A stretch of 64,000 nt of DNA, taken from the NCBI GenBank assembly GCA_044892525.1, contig CM097885.1:234486001-234550000 (forward strand). The letters are read 5' to 3'. This DNA comes from Schmidtea polychroa (lineage: Eukaryota). Every line of letters begins with the position of its first letter. Within the stretch, counting starts at the first letter, position 1. The position numbers and the translations under genes were made by a program. This document shows, in pieces, positions 1-11,260 of the stretch. Below the pieces are notes generated by a model. That model was not told the DNA's origin. It did not search any database and saw only the letters and a list, made by a program, of their open reading frames with translations.

Positions 1-219
1 CAATTTTGTCGAATAGTCGTGTCAATTGATTTGATAATAAATTTTGATGTACTAATGTAATATTAGTTAACATGTTTTGTTCAAATCTTATATAGTCAAT
101 TTCTAATGGATCTAATATCGTATCATCTCAAATTCTTGGAATGGAATATCAACACCATCTTCAGTCACAGTTAAATCTCGTAAAAATACATCGGAAATAA
201 AAGATGTATACAGAGCTTT

Positions 220-765
220 TTAGCGGATATTGGTCATAAAATTATCTTTAAATTTATCTTCAATAAAAGAACCAATTATCCTTTCAATAATTTCTTCATT
301 TTTTTCATTAATTATCAATTTTCTAATTAAATGGTATATTTTTGTTAAATAATCTGATGCTGAATCGGTATTTTCAACGAGTATTTTAATTCCGAAAAAA
401 CTAGTATTCAAATAATCATTGAGCACAATTATATATTTTTTAAAATTTGCAAAAGGAGAATTTCGATTACGTGCTTTGATACTATTTAATATATATTCCA
501 AATCCACAGGTGTTTTTCTTATATATTTTATCAGTTTGCGGTTGATATTTCTAATACAGGATCTAAAACGAAGTTTATAAAATTCTTGTTTCAGATTAAA
601 TAATCTCATATAATCTATAAATAAATCCAATTCAAGTCTGTCAAGCGGGCAATGAGTATAATCATTTAACCAATGTAAGAAACAATTAGTACAAAACGAA
701 TGGTTACAGCCAGTAGTTATAAACAATTCAATAGCTAATTCATCGTAGCAAACAGTACATTCCAT
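220..765 (-). CDS. RING-finger protein, K190* truncated variant (181 aa)
   Basis: C-x2-C-x13-C-x-H-x2-C-x2-C-x10-C-x2-D motif; premature TAA relative to other copies. Confidence 0.6.
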   Translation of the reverse strand: MECTVCYDELAIELFITTGCNHSFCTNCFLHWLNDYTHCPLDRLELDLFIDYMRLFNLKQEFYKLRFRSCIRNINRKLIKYIRKTPVDLEYILNSIKARNRNSPFANFKKYIIVLNDYLNTSFFGIKILVENTDSASDYLTKIYHLIRKLIINEKNEEIIERIIGSFIEDKFKDNFMTNIR

Positions 766-1135
766 TTTTATTTTTTCGATAATTTTCAATACTTATCAAT
801 TTTCTAACAAAATGGTATATTCTTGATAAATAATCATTTGCTGAATCCGTATTTTCTACGAGGAGTTTAATTTCAAAATACTAATCATTCAAATAATAAT
901 TGCGCTCAATTATATACAATTTTGTCGAATAGTCGTGTCAATTGATTTGATAATAAATTTTGATGTACTAATGTAATATTAGTTAACATGTTTTGTTCAA
1001 ATCTTATATAGTCAATTTCTAATGGATCTAATATCGTATCATCTCAAATTCTTGGAATGGAATATCAACACCATCTTCAGTCACAGTTAAATCTCGTAAA
1101 AATACATCGGAAATAAAAGATGTATACAGAGCTTT

Positions 1136-1681
1136 TTAGCGGATATTGGTCATAAAATTATCTTTAAATTTATCTTCAATAAAAGAACCAATTATCCTTT
1201 CAATAATTTCTTCATTTTTTTCATTAATTATCAATTTTCTAATTAAATGGTATATTTTTGTTAAATAATCTGATGCTGAATCGGTATTTTCAACGAGTAT
1301 TTTAATTCCGAAAAAATTAGTATTCAAATAATCATTGAGCACAATTATATATTTTTTAAAATTTGCAAAAGGAGAATTTCGATTACGTGCTTTGATACTA
1401 TTTAATATATATTCCAAATCCACAGGTGTTTTTCTTATATATTTTATCAGTTTGCGGTTGATATTTCTAATACAGGATCTAAAACGAAGTTTATAAAATT
1501 CTTGTTTCAGATTAAATAATCTCATATAATCTATAAATAAATCCAATTCAAGTCTGTCAAGCGGGCAATGAGTATAATCATTTAACCAATGTAAGAAACA
1601 ATTAGTACAAAACGAATGGTTACAGCCAGTAGTTATAAACAATTCAATAGCTAATTCATCGTAGCAAACAGTACATTCCAT
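1136..1681 (-). CDS. RING-finger protein, K190* variant with S130N
   Basis: RING motif; ORF track. Confidence 0.6.
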   Translation of the reverse strand: MECTVCYDELAIELFITTGCNHSFCTNCFLHWLNDYTHCPLDRLELDLFIDYMRLFNLKQEFYKLRFRSCIRNINRKLIKYIRKTPVDLEYILNSIKARNRNSPFANFKKYIIVLNDYLNTNFFGIKILVENTDSASDYLTKIYHLIRKLIINEKNEEIIERIIGSFIEDKFKDNFMTNIR

Positions 1682-2051
1682 TTTTATTTTTTCGATAATT
1701 TTCAATACTTATCAATTTTCTAACAAAATGGTATATTCTTGATAAATAATCATTTGCTGAATCCGTATTTTCTACGAGGAGTTTAATTTCAAAATACTAA
1801 TCATTCAAATAATAATTGCGCTCAATTATATACAATTTTGTCGAATAGTCGTGTCAATTGATTTGATAATAAATTTTGATGTACTAATGTAATATTAGTT
1901 AACATGTTTTGTTCAAATCTTATATAGTCAATTTCTAATGGATCTAATATCGTATCATCTCAAATTCTTGGAATGGAATATCAACACCATCTTCAGTCAC
2001 AGTTAAATCTCGTAAAAATACATCGGAAATAAAAGATGTATACAGAGCTTT

Positions 2052-2597
2052 TTAGCGGATATTGGTCATAAAATTATCTTTAAATTTATCTTCAATAAAA
2101 GAACCAATTATCCTTTCAATAATTTCTTCATTTTTTTCATTAATTATCAATTTTCTAATTAAATGGTATATTTTTGTTAAATAATCTGATGCTGAATCGG
2201 TATTTTCAACGAGTATTTTAATTCCGAAAAAACTAGTATTCAAATAATCATTGAGCACAATTATATATTTTTTAAAATTTGCAAAAGGAGAATTTCGATT
2301 ACGTGCTTTGATACTATTTAATATATATTCCAAATCCACAGGTGTTTTTCTTATATATTTTATCAGTTTGCGGTTGATATTTCTAATACAGGATCTAAAA
2401 CGAAGTTTATAAAATTCTTGTTTCAGATTAAATAATCTCATATAATCTATAAATAAATCCAATTCAAGTCTGTCAAGCGGGCAATGAGTATAATCATTTA
2501 ACCAATGTAAGAAACAATTAGTACAAAACGAATGGTTACAGCCAGTAGTTATAAACAATTCAATAGCTAATTCATCGTAGCAAACAGTACATTCCAT
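2052..2597 (-). CDS. RING-finger protein, K190* variant
   Basis: RING motif; ORF track. Confidence 0.6.
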   Translation of the reverse strand: MECTVCYDELAIELFITTGCNHSFCTNCFLHWLNDYTHCPLDRLELDLFIDYMRLFNLKQEFYKLRFRSCIRNINRKLIKYIRKTPVDLEYILNSIKARNRNSPFANFKKYIIVLNDYLNTSFFGIKILVENTDSASDYLTKIYHLIRKLIINEKNEEIIERIIGSFIEDKFKDNFMTNIR

Positions 2598-2967
2598 TTT
2601 TATTTTTTCGATAATTTTCAATACTTATCAATTTTCTAACAAAATGGTATATTCTTGATAAATAATCATTTGCTGAATCCGTATTTTCTACGAGGAGTTT
2701 AATTTCAAAATACTAATCATTCAAATAATAATTGCGCTCAATTATATACAATTTTGTCGAATAGTCGTGTCAATTGATTTGATAATAAATTTTGATGTAC
2801 TAATGTAATATTAGTTAACATGTTTTGTTCAAATCTTATATAGTCAATTTCTAATGGATCTAATATCGTATCATCTCAAATTCTTGGAATGGAATATCAA
2901 CACCATCTTCAGTCACAGTTAAATCTCGTAAAAATACATCGGAAATAAAAGATGTATACAGAGCTTT

Positions 2968-3513
2968 TTAGCGGATATTGGTCATAAAATTATCTTTAAA
3001 TTTATCTTCAATAAAAGAACCAATTATCCTTTCAATAATTTCTTCATTTTTTTCATTAATTATCAATTTTCTAATTAAATGGTATATTTTTGTTAAATAA
3101 TCTGATGCTGAATCGGTATTTTCAACGAGTATTTTAATTCCGAAAAAACTAGTATTCAAATAATCATTGAGCACAATTATATATTTTTTAAAATTTGCAA
3201 AAGGAGAATTTCGATTACGTGCTTTGATACTATTTAATATATATTCCAAATCCACAGGTGTTTTTCTTATATATTTTATCAGTTTGCGGTTGATATTTCT
3301 AATACAGGATCTAAAACGAAGTTTATAAAATTCTTGTTTCAGATTAAATAATCTCATATAATCTATAAATAAATCCAATTCAAGTCTGTCAAGCGGGCAA
3401 TGAGTATAATCATTTAACCAATGTAAGAAACAATTAGTACAAAACGAATGGTTACAGCCAGTAGTTATAAACAATTCAATAGCTAATTCATCGTAGCAAA
3501 CAGTACATTCCAT
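2968..3513 (-). CDS. RING-finger protein, K190* variant
   Basis: RING motif; ORF track. Confidence 0.6.
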   Translation of the reverse strand: MECTVCYDELAIELFITTGCNHSFCTNCFLHWLNDYTHCPLDRLELDLFIDYMRLFNLKQEFYKLRFRSCIRNINRKLIKYIRKTPVDLEYILNSIKARNRNSPFANFKKYIIVLNDYLNTSFFGIKILVENTDSASDYLTKIYHLIRKLIINEKNEEIIERIIGSFIEDKFKDNFMTNIR

Positions 3514-3883
3514 TTTTATTTTTTCGATAATTTTCAATACTTATCAATTTTCTAACAAAATGGTATATTCTTGATAAATAATCATTTGCTGAATCCGTAT
3601 TTTCTACGAGGAGTTTAATTTCAAAATACTAATCATTCAAATAATAATTGCGCTCAATTATATACAATTTTGTCGAATAGTCGTGTCAATTGATTTGATA
3701 ATAAATTTTGATGTACTAATGTAATATTAGTTAACATGTTTTGTTCAAATCTTATATAGTCAATTTCTAATGGATCTAATATCGTATCATCTCAAATTCT
3801 TGGAATGGAATATCAACACCATCTTCAGTCACAGTTAAATCTCGTAAAAATACATCGGAAATAAAAGATGTATACAGAGCTTT

Positions 3884-4429
3884 TTAGCGGATATTGGTCA
3901 TAAAATTATCTTTAAATTTATCTTCAATAAAAGAACCAATTATCCTTTCAATAATTTCTTCATTTTTTTCATTAATTATCAATTTTCTAATTAAATGGTA
4001 TATTTTTGTTAAATAATCTGATGCTGAATCGGTATTTTCAACGAGTATTTTAATTCCGAAAAAACTAGTATTCAAATAATCATTGAGCACAATTATATAT
4101 TTTTTAAAATTTGCAAAAGGAGAATTTCGATTACGTGCTTTGATACTATTTAATATATATTCCAAATCCACAGGTGTTTTTCTTATATATTTTATCAGTT
4201 TGCAGTTGATATTTCTAATACAGGATCTAAAACGAAGTTTATAAAATTCTTGTTTCAGATTAAATAATCTCATATAATCTATAAATAAATCCAATTCAAG
4301 TCTGTCAAGCGGGCAATGAGTATAATCATTTAACCAATGTAAGAAACAATTAGTACAAAACGAATGGTTACAGCCAGTAGTTATAAACAATTCAATAGCT
4401 AATTCATCGTAGCAAACAGTACATTCCAT
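3884..4429 (-). CDS. RING-finger protein, K190* variant with R84C
   Basis: RING motif; ORF track. Confidence 0.6.
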   Translation of the reverse strand: MECTVCYDELAIELFITTGCNHSFCTNCFLHWLNDYTHCPLDRLELDLFIDYMRLFNLKQEFYKLRFRSCIRNINCKLIKYIRKTPVDLEYILNSIKARNRNSPFANFKKYIIVLNDYLNTSFFGIKILVENTDSASDYLTKIYHLIRKLIINEKNEEIIERIIGSFIEDKFKDNFMTNIR

Positions 4430-4799
4430 TTTTATTTTTTCGATAATTTTCAATACTTATCAATTTTCTAACAAAATGGTATATTCTTGATAAATAATCA
4501 TTTGCTGAATCCGTATTTTCTACGAGGAGTTTAATTTCAAAATACTAATCATTCAAATAATAATTGCGCTCAATTATATACAATTTTGTCGAATAGTCGT
4601 GTCAATTGATTTGATAATAAATTTTGATGTACTAATGTAATATTAGTTAACATGTTTTGTTCAAATCTTATATAGTCAATTTCTAATGGATCTAATATCG
4701 TATCATCTCAAATTCTTGGAATGGAATATCAACACCATCTTCAGTCACAGTTAAATCTCGTAAAAATACATCGGAAATAAAAGATGTATACAGAGCTTT

Positions 4800-5345
4800 T
4801 TAGCGGATATTGGTCATAAAATTATCTTTAAATTTATCTTCAATAAAAGAACCAATTATCCTTTCAATAATTTCTTCATTTTTTTCATTAATTATCAATT
4901 TTCTAATTAAATGGTATATTTTTGTTAAATAATCTGATGCTGAATCGGTATTTTCAACGAGTATTTTAATTCCGAAAAAACTAGTATTCAAATAATCATT
5001 GAGCACAATTATATATTTTTTAAAATTTGCAAAAGGAGAATTTCGATTACGTGCTTTGATACTATTTAATATATATTCCAAATCCACAGGTGTTTTTCTT
5101 ATATATTTTATCAGTTTGCGGTTGATATTTCTAATACAGGATCTAAAACGAAGTTTATAAAATTCTTGTTTCAGATTAAATAATCTCATATAATCTATAA
5201 ATAAATCCAATTCAAGTCTGTCAAGCGGGCAATGAGTATAATCATTTAACCAATGTAAGAAACAATTAGTACAAAACGAATGGTTACAGCCAGTAGTTAT
5301 AAACAATTCAATAGCTAATTCATCGTAGCAAACAGTACATTCCAT
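4800..5345 (-). CDS. RING-finger protein, K190* variant
   Basis: RING motif; ORF track. Confidence 0.6.
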   Translation of the reverse strand: MECTVCYDELAIELFITTGCNHSFCTNCFLHWLNDYTHCPLDRLELDLFIDYMRLFNLKQEFYKLRFRSCIRNINRKLIKYIRKTPVDLEYILNSIKARNRNSPFANFKKYIIVLNDYLNTSFFGIKILVENTDSASDYLTKIYHLIRKLIINEKNEEIIERIIGSFIEDKFKDNFMTNIR

Positions 5346-5715
5346 TTTTATTTTTTCGATAATTTTCAATACTTATCAATTTTCTAACAAAATGGTATAT
5401 TCTTGATAAATAATCATTTGCTGAATCCGTATTTTCTACGAGGAGTTTAATTTCAAAATACTAATCATTCAAATAATAATTGCGCTCAATTATATACAAT
5501 TTTGTCGAATAGTCGTGTCAATTGATTTGATAATAAATTTTGATGTACTAATGTAATATTAGTTAACATGTTTTGTTCAAATCTTATATAGTCAATTTCT
5601 AATGGATCTAATATCGTATCATCTCAAATTCTTGGAATGGAATATCAACACCATCTTCAGTCACAGTTAAATCTCGTAAAAATACATCGGAAATAAAAGA
5701 TGTATACAGAGCTTT

Positions 5716-6261
5716 TTAGCGGATATTGGTCATAAAATTATCTTTAAATTTATCTTCAATAAAAGAACCAATTATCCTTTCAATAATTTCTTCATTTTTT
5801 TCATTAATTATCAATTTTCTAATTAAATGGTATATTTTTGTTAAATAATCTGATGCTGAATCGGTATTTTCAACGAGTATTTTAATTCCGAAAAAACTAG
5901 TATTCAAATAATCATTGAGCACAATTATATATTTTTTAAAATTTGCAAAAGGAGAATTTCGATTACGTGCTTTGATACTATTTAATATATATTCCAAATC
6001 CACAGGTGTTTTTCTTATATATTTTATCAGTTTGCAGTTGATATTTCTAATACAGGATCTAAAACGAAGTTTATAAAATTCTTGTTTCAGATTAAATAAT
6101 CTCATATAATCTATAAATAAATCCAATTCAAGTCTGTCAAGCGGGCAATGAGTATAATCATTTAACCAATGTAAGAAACAATTAGTACAAAACGAATGGT
6201 TACAGCCAGTAGTTATAAACAATTCAATAGCTAATTCATCGTAGCAAACAGTACATTCCAT
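5716..6261 (-). CDS. RING-finger protein, K190* variant with R84C
   Basis: RING motif; ORF track. Confidence 0.6.
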   Translation of the reverse strand: MECTVCYDELAIELFITTGCNHSFCTNCFLHWLNDYTHCPLDRLELDLFIDYMRLFNLKQEFYKLRFRSCIRNINCKLIKYIRKTPVDLEYILNSIKARNRNSPFANFKKYIIVLNDYLNTSFFGIKILVENTDSASDYLTKIYHLIRKLIINEKNEEIIERIIGSFIEDKFKDNFMTNIR

Positions 6262-6523
6262 TTTTATTTTTTCGATAATTTTCAATACTTATCAATTTTC
6301 TAACAAAATGGTATATTCTTGATAAATAATCATTTGCTGAATCCGTATTTTCTACGAGGAGTTTAATTTCAAAATACTAATCATTCAAATAATAATTGCG
6401 CTCAATTATATACAATTTTGTCGAATAGTCGTGTCAATTGATTTGATAATAAATTTTGATGTACTAATGTAATATTAGTTAACATGTTTTGTTCAAATCT
6501 TATATAGTCAATTTCTAATGGAT

Positions 6524-7173
6524 CTAATATCGTATCATCTCAAATTCTTGGAATGGAATATCAACACCATCTTCAGTCACAGTTAAATCTCGTAAAAATA
6601 CATCGGAAATAAAAGATGTATACAGAGCTTTTTAGCGGATATTGGTCATAAAATTATCTTTAAATTTATCTTCAATAAAAGAACCAATTATCCTTTCAAT
6701 AATTTCTTCATTTTTTTCATTAATTATCAATTTTCTAATTAAATGGTATATTTTTGTTAAATAATCTGATGCTGAATCGGTATTTTCAACGAGTATTTTA
6801 ATTCCGAAAAAACTAGTATTCAAATAATCATTGAGCACAATTATATATTTTTTAAAATTTGCAAAAGGAGAATTTCGATTACGTGCTTTGATACTATTTA
6901 ATATATATTCCAAATCCACAGGTGTTTTTCTTATATATTTTATCAGTTTGCGGTTGATATTTCTAATACAGGATCTAAAACGAAGTTTATAAAATTCTTG
7001 TTTCAGATTAAATAATCTCATATAATCTATAAATAAATTTCAAGTCTGTCAAGCGGGCAATGAGTATAATCATTTAACCAATGTAAGAAACAATTAGTAC
7101 AAAACGAATGGTTACAGCCAGTAGTTATAAACAATTCAATAGCTAATTCATCGTAGCAAACAGTACATTCCAT
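6524..7173 (-). pseudogene. RING-finger copy with 4-bp deletion just after the RING, plus K190*
   Basis: AAATCCAATTCAAG changed to AAATTTCAAG at ~7039; would read ...CPLDRLEIYL*. Confidence 0.85.
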
Positions 7174-7435
7174 TTTTATTTTTTCGATAATTTTCAATAC
7201 TTATCAATTTTCTAACAAAATGGTATATTCTTGATAAATAATCATTTGCTGAATCCGTATTTTCTACGAGGAGTTTAATTTCAAAATACTAATCATTCAA
7301 ATAATAATTGCGCTCAATTATATACAATTTTGTCGAATAGTCGTGTCAATTGATTTGATAATAAATTTTGATGTACTAATGTAATATTAGTTAACATGTT
7401 TTGTTCAAATCTTATATAGTCAATTTCTAATGGAT

Positions 7436-8089
7436 CTAATATCGTATCATCTCAAATTCTTGGAATGGAATATCAACACCATCTTCAGTCACAGTTAAAT
7501 CTCGTAAAAATACATCGGAAATAAAAGATGTATACAGAGCTTTTTTGCGGATATTGGTCATAAAATTATCTTTAAATTTATCTTCAATAAAAGAACCAAT
7601 TATCCTTTCAATAATTTCTTCATTTTTTTCATTAATTATCAATTTTCTAATTAAATGGTATATTTTTGTTAAATAATCTGATGCTGAATCGGTATTTTCA
7701 ACGAGTATTTTAATTCCGAAAAAACTAGTATTCAAATAATCATTGAGCACAATTATATATTTTTTAAAATTTGCAAAAGGAGAATTTCGATTACGTGCTT
7801 TGATACTATTTAATATATATTCCAAATCCACAGGTGTTTTTCTTATATATTTTATCAGTTTGCGGTTGATATTTCTAATACAGGATCTAAAACGAAGTTT
7901 ATAAAATTCTTGTTTCAGATTAAATAATCTCATATAATCTATAAATAAATCCAATTCAAGTCTGTCAAGCGGGCAATGAGTATAATCATTTAACCAATGT
8001 AAGAAACAATTAGTACAAAACGAATGGTTACAGCCAGTAGTTATAAACAATTCAATAGCTAATTCATCGTAGCAAACAGTACATTCCAT
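7436..8089 (-). CDS. RING-finger protein, putative E3 ligase (217 aa)
   Basis: C3HC3D RING; longest in-unit ORF. Confidence 0.7.
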   Translation of the reverse strand: MECTVCYDELAIELFITTGCNHSFCTNCFLHWLNDYTHCPLDRLELDLFIDYMRLFNLKQEFYKLRFRSCIRNINRKLIKYIRKTPVDLEYILNSIKARNRNSPFANFKKYIIVLNDYLNTSFFGIKILVENTDSASDYLTKIYHLIRKLIINEKNEEIIERIIGSFIEDKFKDNFMTNIRKKALYTSFISDVFLRDLTVTEDGVDIPFQEFEMIRY

Positions 8090-8351
8090 TTTTATTTTTT
8101 CGATAATTTTCAATACTTATCAATTTTCTAACAAAATGGTATATTCTTGATAAATAATCATTTGCTGAATCCGTATTTTCTACGAGGAGTTTAATTTCAA
8201 AATACTAATCATTCAAATAATAATTGCGCTCAATTATATACAATTTTGTCGAATAGTCGTGTCAATTGATTTGATAATAAATTTTGATGTACTAATGTAA
8301 TATTAGTTAACATGTTTTGTTCAAATCTTATATAGTCAATTTCTAATGGAT

Positions 8352-9005
8352 CTAATATCGTATCATCTCAAATTCTTGGAATGGAATATCAACACCATCT
8401 TCAGTCACAGTTAAATCTCGTAAAAATACATCGGAAATAAAAGATGTATACAGAGCTTTTTTGCGGATATTGGTCATAAAATTATCTTTAAATTTATCTT
8501 CAATAAAAGAACCAATTATCCTTTCAATAATTTCTTCATTTTTTTCATTAATTATCAATTTTCTAATTAAATGGTATATTTTTGTTAAATAATCTGATGC
8601 TGAATCGGTATTTTCAACGAGTATTTTAATTCCGAAAAAACTAGTATTCAAATAATCATTGAGCACAATTATATATTTTTTAAAATTTGCAAAAGGAGAA
8701 TTTCGATTACGTGCTTTGATACTATTTAATATATATTCCAAATCCACAGGTGTTTTTCTTATATATTTTATCAGTTTGCGGTTGATATTTCTAATACAGG
8801 ATCTAAAACGAAGTTTATAAAATTCTTGTTTCAGATTAAATAATCTCATATAATCTATAAATAAATCCAATTCAAGTCTGTCAAGCGGGCAATGAGTATA
8901 ATCATTTAACCAATGTAAGAAACAATTAGTACAAAACGAATGGTTACAGCCAGTAGTTATAAACAATTCAATAGCTAATTCATCGTAGCAAACAGTACAT
9001 TCCAT
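8352..9005 (-). CDS. RING-finger protein (217 aa)
   Basis: RING motif; ORF track. Confidence 0.7.
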   Translation of the reverse strand: MECTVCYDELAIELFITTGCNHSFCTNCFLHWLNDYTHCPLDRLELDLFIDYMRLFNLKQEFYKLRFRSCIRNINRKLIKYIRKTPVDLEYILNSIKARNRNSPFANFKKYIIVLNDYLNTSFFGIKILVENTDSASDYLTKIYHLIRKLIINEKNEEIIERIIGSFIEDKFKDNFMTNIRKKALYTSFISDVFLRDLTVTEDGVDIPFQEFEMIRY

Positions 9006-9267
9006 TTTTATTTTTTCGATAATTTTCAATACTTATCAATTTTCTAACAAAATGGTATATTCTTGATAAATAATCATTTGCTGAATCCGTATTTTCTACG
9101 AGGAGTTTAATTTCAAAATACTAATCATTCAAATAATAATTGCGCTCAATTATATACAATTTTGTCGAATAGTCGTGTCAATTGATTTGATAATAAATTT
9201 TGATGTACTAATGTAATATTAGTTAACATGTTTTGTTCAAATCTTATATAGTCAATTTCTAATGGAT

Positions 9268-9921
9268 CTAATATCGTATCATCTCAAATTCTTGGAATGG
9301 AATATCAACACCATCTTCAGTCACAGTTAAATCTCGTAAAAATACATCGGAAATAAAAGATGTATACAGAGCTTTTTTGCGGATATTGGTCATAAAATTA
9401 TCTTTAAATTTATCTTCAATAAAAGAACCAATTATCCTTTCAATAATTTCTTCATTTTTTTCATTAATTATCAATTTTCTAATTAAATGGTATATTTTTG
9501 TTAAATAATCTGATGCTGAATCGGTATTTTCAACGAGTATTTTAATTCCGAAAAAACTAGTATTCAAATAATCATTGAGCACAATTATATATTTTTTAAA
9601 ATTTGCAAAAGGAGAATTTCGATTACGTGCTTTGATACTATTTAATATATATTCCAAATCCACAGGTGTTTTTCTTATATATTTTATCAGTTTGCGGTTG
9701 ATATTTCTAATACAGGATCTAAAACGAAGTTTATAAAATTCTTGTTTCAGATTAAATAATCTCATATAATCTATAAATAAATCCAATTCAAGTCTGTCAA
9801 GCGGGCAATGAGTATAATCATTTAACCAATGTAAGAAACAATTAGTACAAAACGAATGGTTACAGCCAGTAGTTATAAACAATTCAATAGCTAATTCATC
9901 GTAGCAAACAGTACATTCCAT
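9268..9921 (-). CDS. RING-finger protein (217 aa)
   Basis: RING motif; ORF track. Confidence 0.7.
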   Translation of the reverse strand: MECTVCYDELAIELFITTGCNHSFCTNCFLHWLNDYTHCPLDRLELDLFIDYMRLFNLKQEFYKLRFRSCIRNINRKLIKYIRKTPVDLEYILNSIKARNRNSPFANFKKYIIVLNDYLNTSFFGIKILVENTDSASDYLTKIYHLIRKLIINEKNEEIIERIIGSFIEDKFKDNFMTNIRKKALYTSFISDVFLRDLTVTEDGVDIPFQEFEMIRY

Positions 9922-9948
9922 TTTTATTTTTTCGATAATTTTCAATAC

Positions 9949-10375
9949 TTATCAATTTTCTAACAAAATGGTATATTCTTGATAAATAATCATTTGCTGA
10001 ATCCGTATTTTCTACGAGGAGTTTAATTTCAAAATACTAATCATTCAAATAATAATTGCGCTCAATTATATACTTTTTAACATTTGCAAACGGTGAATTT
10101 CTATTACTCGTGTTGATAGTATTTACTATATATTTCAAATCCAAAGTCGCTTATATTATATATTTAAGCAATTTACAGCTTAAAGTTTAATTACAACTTC
10201 TAAAGCATGATTTATAAAATTCATGTTTTAAATTAATTAATCTTATATTATATATAAATAAACCATTCTTCATTAATAAATCAAATTCAATTCTGTCTAA
10301 TGGACAATTAGAATGTCTTTCTAACCAACTTATTAAACAATTACTACAATAAACATGGTTACAACCAGTAGTTAT
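9949..10375 (-). pseudogene. Diverged, 5'-truncated paralog of the RING gene (also 26624-27050, 52463-52889, 60933-61359)
   Basis: Manual translation ITTGCNHVYCSNCLISWLERHSNCPLDRIEFDL...RNSPFANVKKYII...LLVENTDSANDYLSRIYHFVRKLI with 3 in-frame stops. Confidence 0.9.
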
Positions 10376-10384
10376 AGTTGAATT

Positions 10385-10470
10385 TATTTTTTTTGCGGAT
10401 ATTATTCATGTAAATGTCTTTAAAATATAATTGGTCTTCAATAAAAGAAGTAATTATCTTTTGAATAACT
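10385..10470 (-). pseudogene. Fragment of the C-terminal part of another RING paralog
   Basis: IQKIITSFIEDQLYFKDIYMNNIRKK vs IERIIGSFIEDKFKDNFMTNIRKK. Confidence 0.75.
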
Positions 10471-10475
10471 AACTA

Positions 10476-10717
10476 TTAGCTGATAGATAGTTTAATTTCT
10501 ATGATGTGGTATGTAAACGCTACTCATATATTCGTTTTACAATATATTTCGACAGTTTTTCTATCATCATCAGATAAAATAGAAAAACTAAAAGAATTTA
10601 CTAAGTTTCATTCTTAAAAAGAATGAAAAAATTATCTTTTCTTCAACACAAATTTTAAGAAAACAAATATCTAATTCCTTTCTATAAAGTGCAAAATATG
10701 TCGTCATGAGTCTTTTG
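10476..10717. repeat. Diverged copy of 17038-17279 (partial third copy at 16567-16682)
   Basis: Shared TAGCTGATAGAT...CAATATATTTCGACAGTTTTTCTATCATC...TGTCGTCATGAGTCTTTTG. Confidence 0.9.
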
Positions 10718-11186
10718 TTGAAATTTATTAATAGAATTCATTTTATAATAATGATATAGTGCTTCTACCCAATAGACAATTTGGATTTACCAATAACCAA
10801 GATAATAAACAACCACTGCAAAACTTATGATTGCAAAGATTTATTGTTACGGAATTATGAATATCATTATAATAAATTTTAATGAACAGAAAAATTGGTA
10901 TCTAACGAATATTGTTCAAGGTTATAAAATCGATCAGAATGATGTCCTTACTCCAATTTGAAAAATTTCACAATTATTTTAATATATGCTTAATGAATGT
11001 TAATAAATGTATTTAATTATATTTGTGTTTGTCTTTTCTTTCAAATAATAAAAATAATTTGTCAATTTTTAACAAAAAATTACAAAATGAACATTTTATA
11101 ATTATAAAATACTTTTAATATAATATAATATAAATTAAAACATAATATATCTTTTATATAATATTTTAATATCAATTATAAAATAA

Positions 11187-11260
11187 TTTAATAAAAAGAT
11201 TGACTATGAATCAGTAAATACTTTTTTATTTACTGATTCAATGTCAATCTTTTTAATAAA
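11187..11260. repeat. Inverted repeat/hairpin with 34-bp arms and 6-nt loop (also 27862-27935, 53701-53774, 62171-62244)
   Basis: TTTAATAAAAAGATTGACTATGAATCAGTAAATA-CTTTTT-TATTTACTGATTCAATGTCAATCTTTTTAATAAA, 3 mismatches. Confidence 0.9.

Larger units (their letters stand above)
1..10072. repeat. Array 1: 11 tandem 916-bp RING-gene units (probably continues left of the window)
   Basis: Unit start CAATTTTGTCGAATAG recurs at 1, 917, 1833, 2749, 3665, 4581, 5497, 6413, 7325 (unit 8 is 912 bp), 8241, 9157. Confidence 0.98.

Noticed and set aside
766..789. TTG start used by the ORF track (MKIIEKIK leader)
   Set aside because: In a eukaryotic context the ATG in AAAAATGG directly before the RING is the more plausible start
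220..10375. Alternative genetic code (TAA/TAG read as Gln) to explain in-frame stops
   Set aside because: Stops are polymorphic among copies, include TGA, and co-occur with frameshifts; the long ORFs use CAA for Gln
10745..10962. Coding-looking plus-strand stretch (MIAKIYCYGIMN...VLTPI)
   Set aside because: Short, interrupted and without a recognisable family; needs blastx
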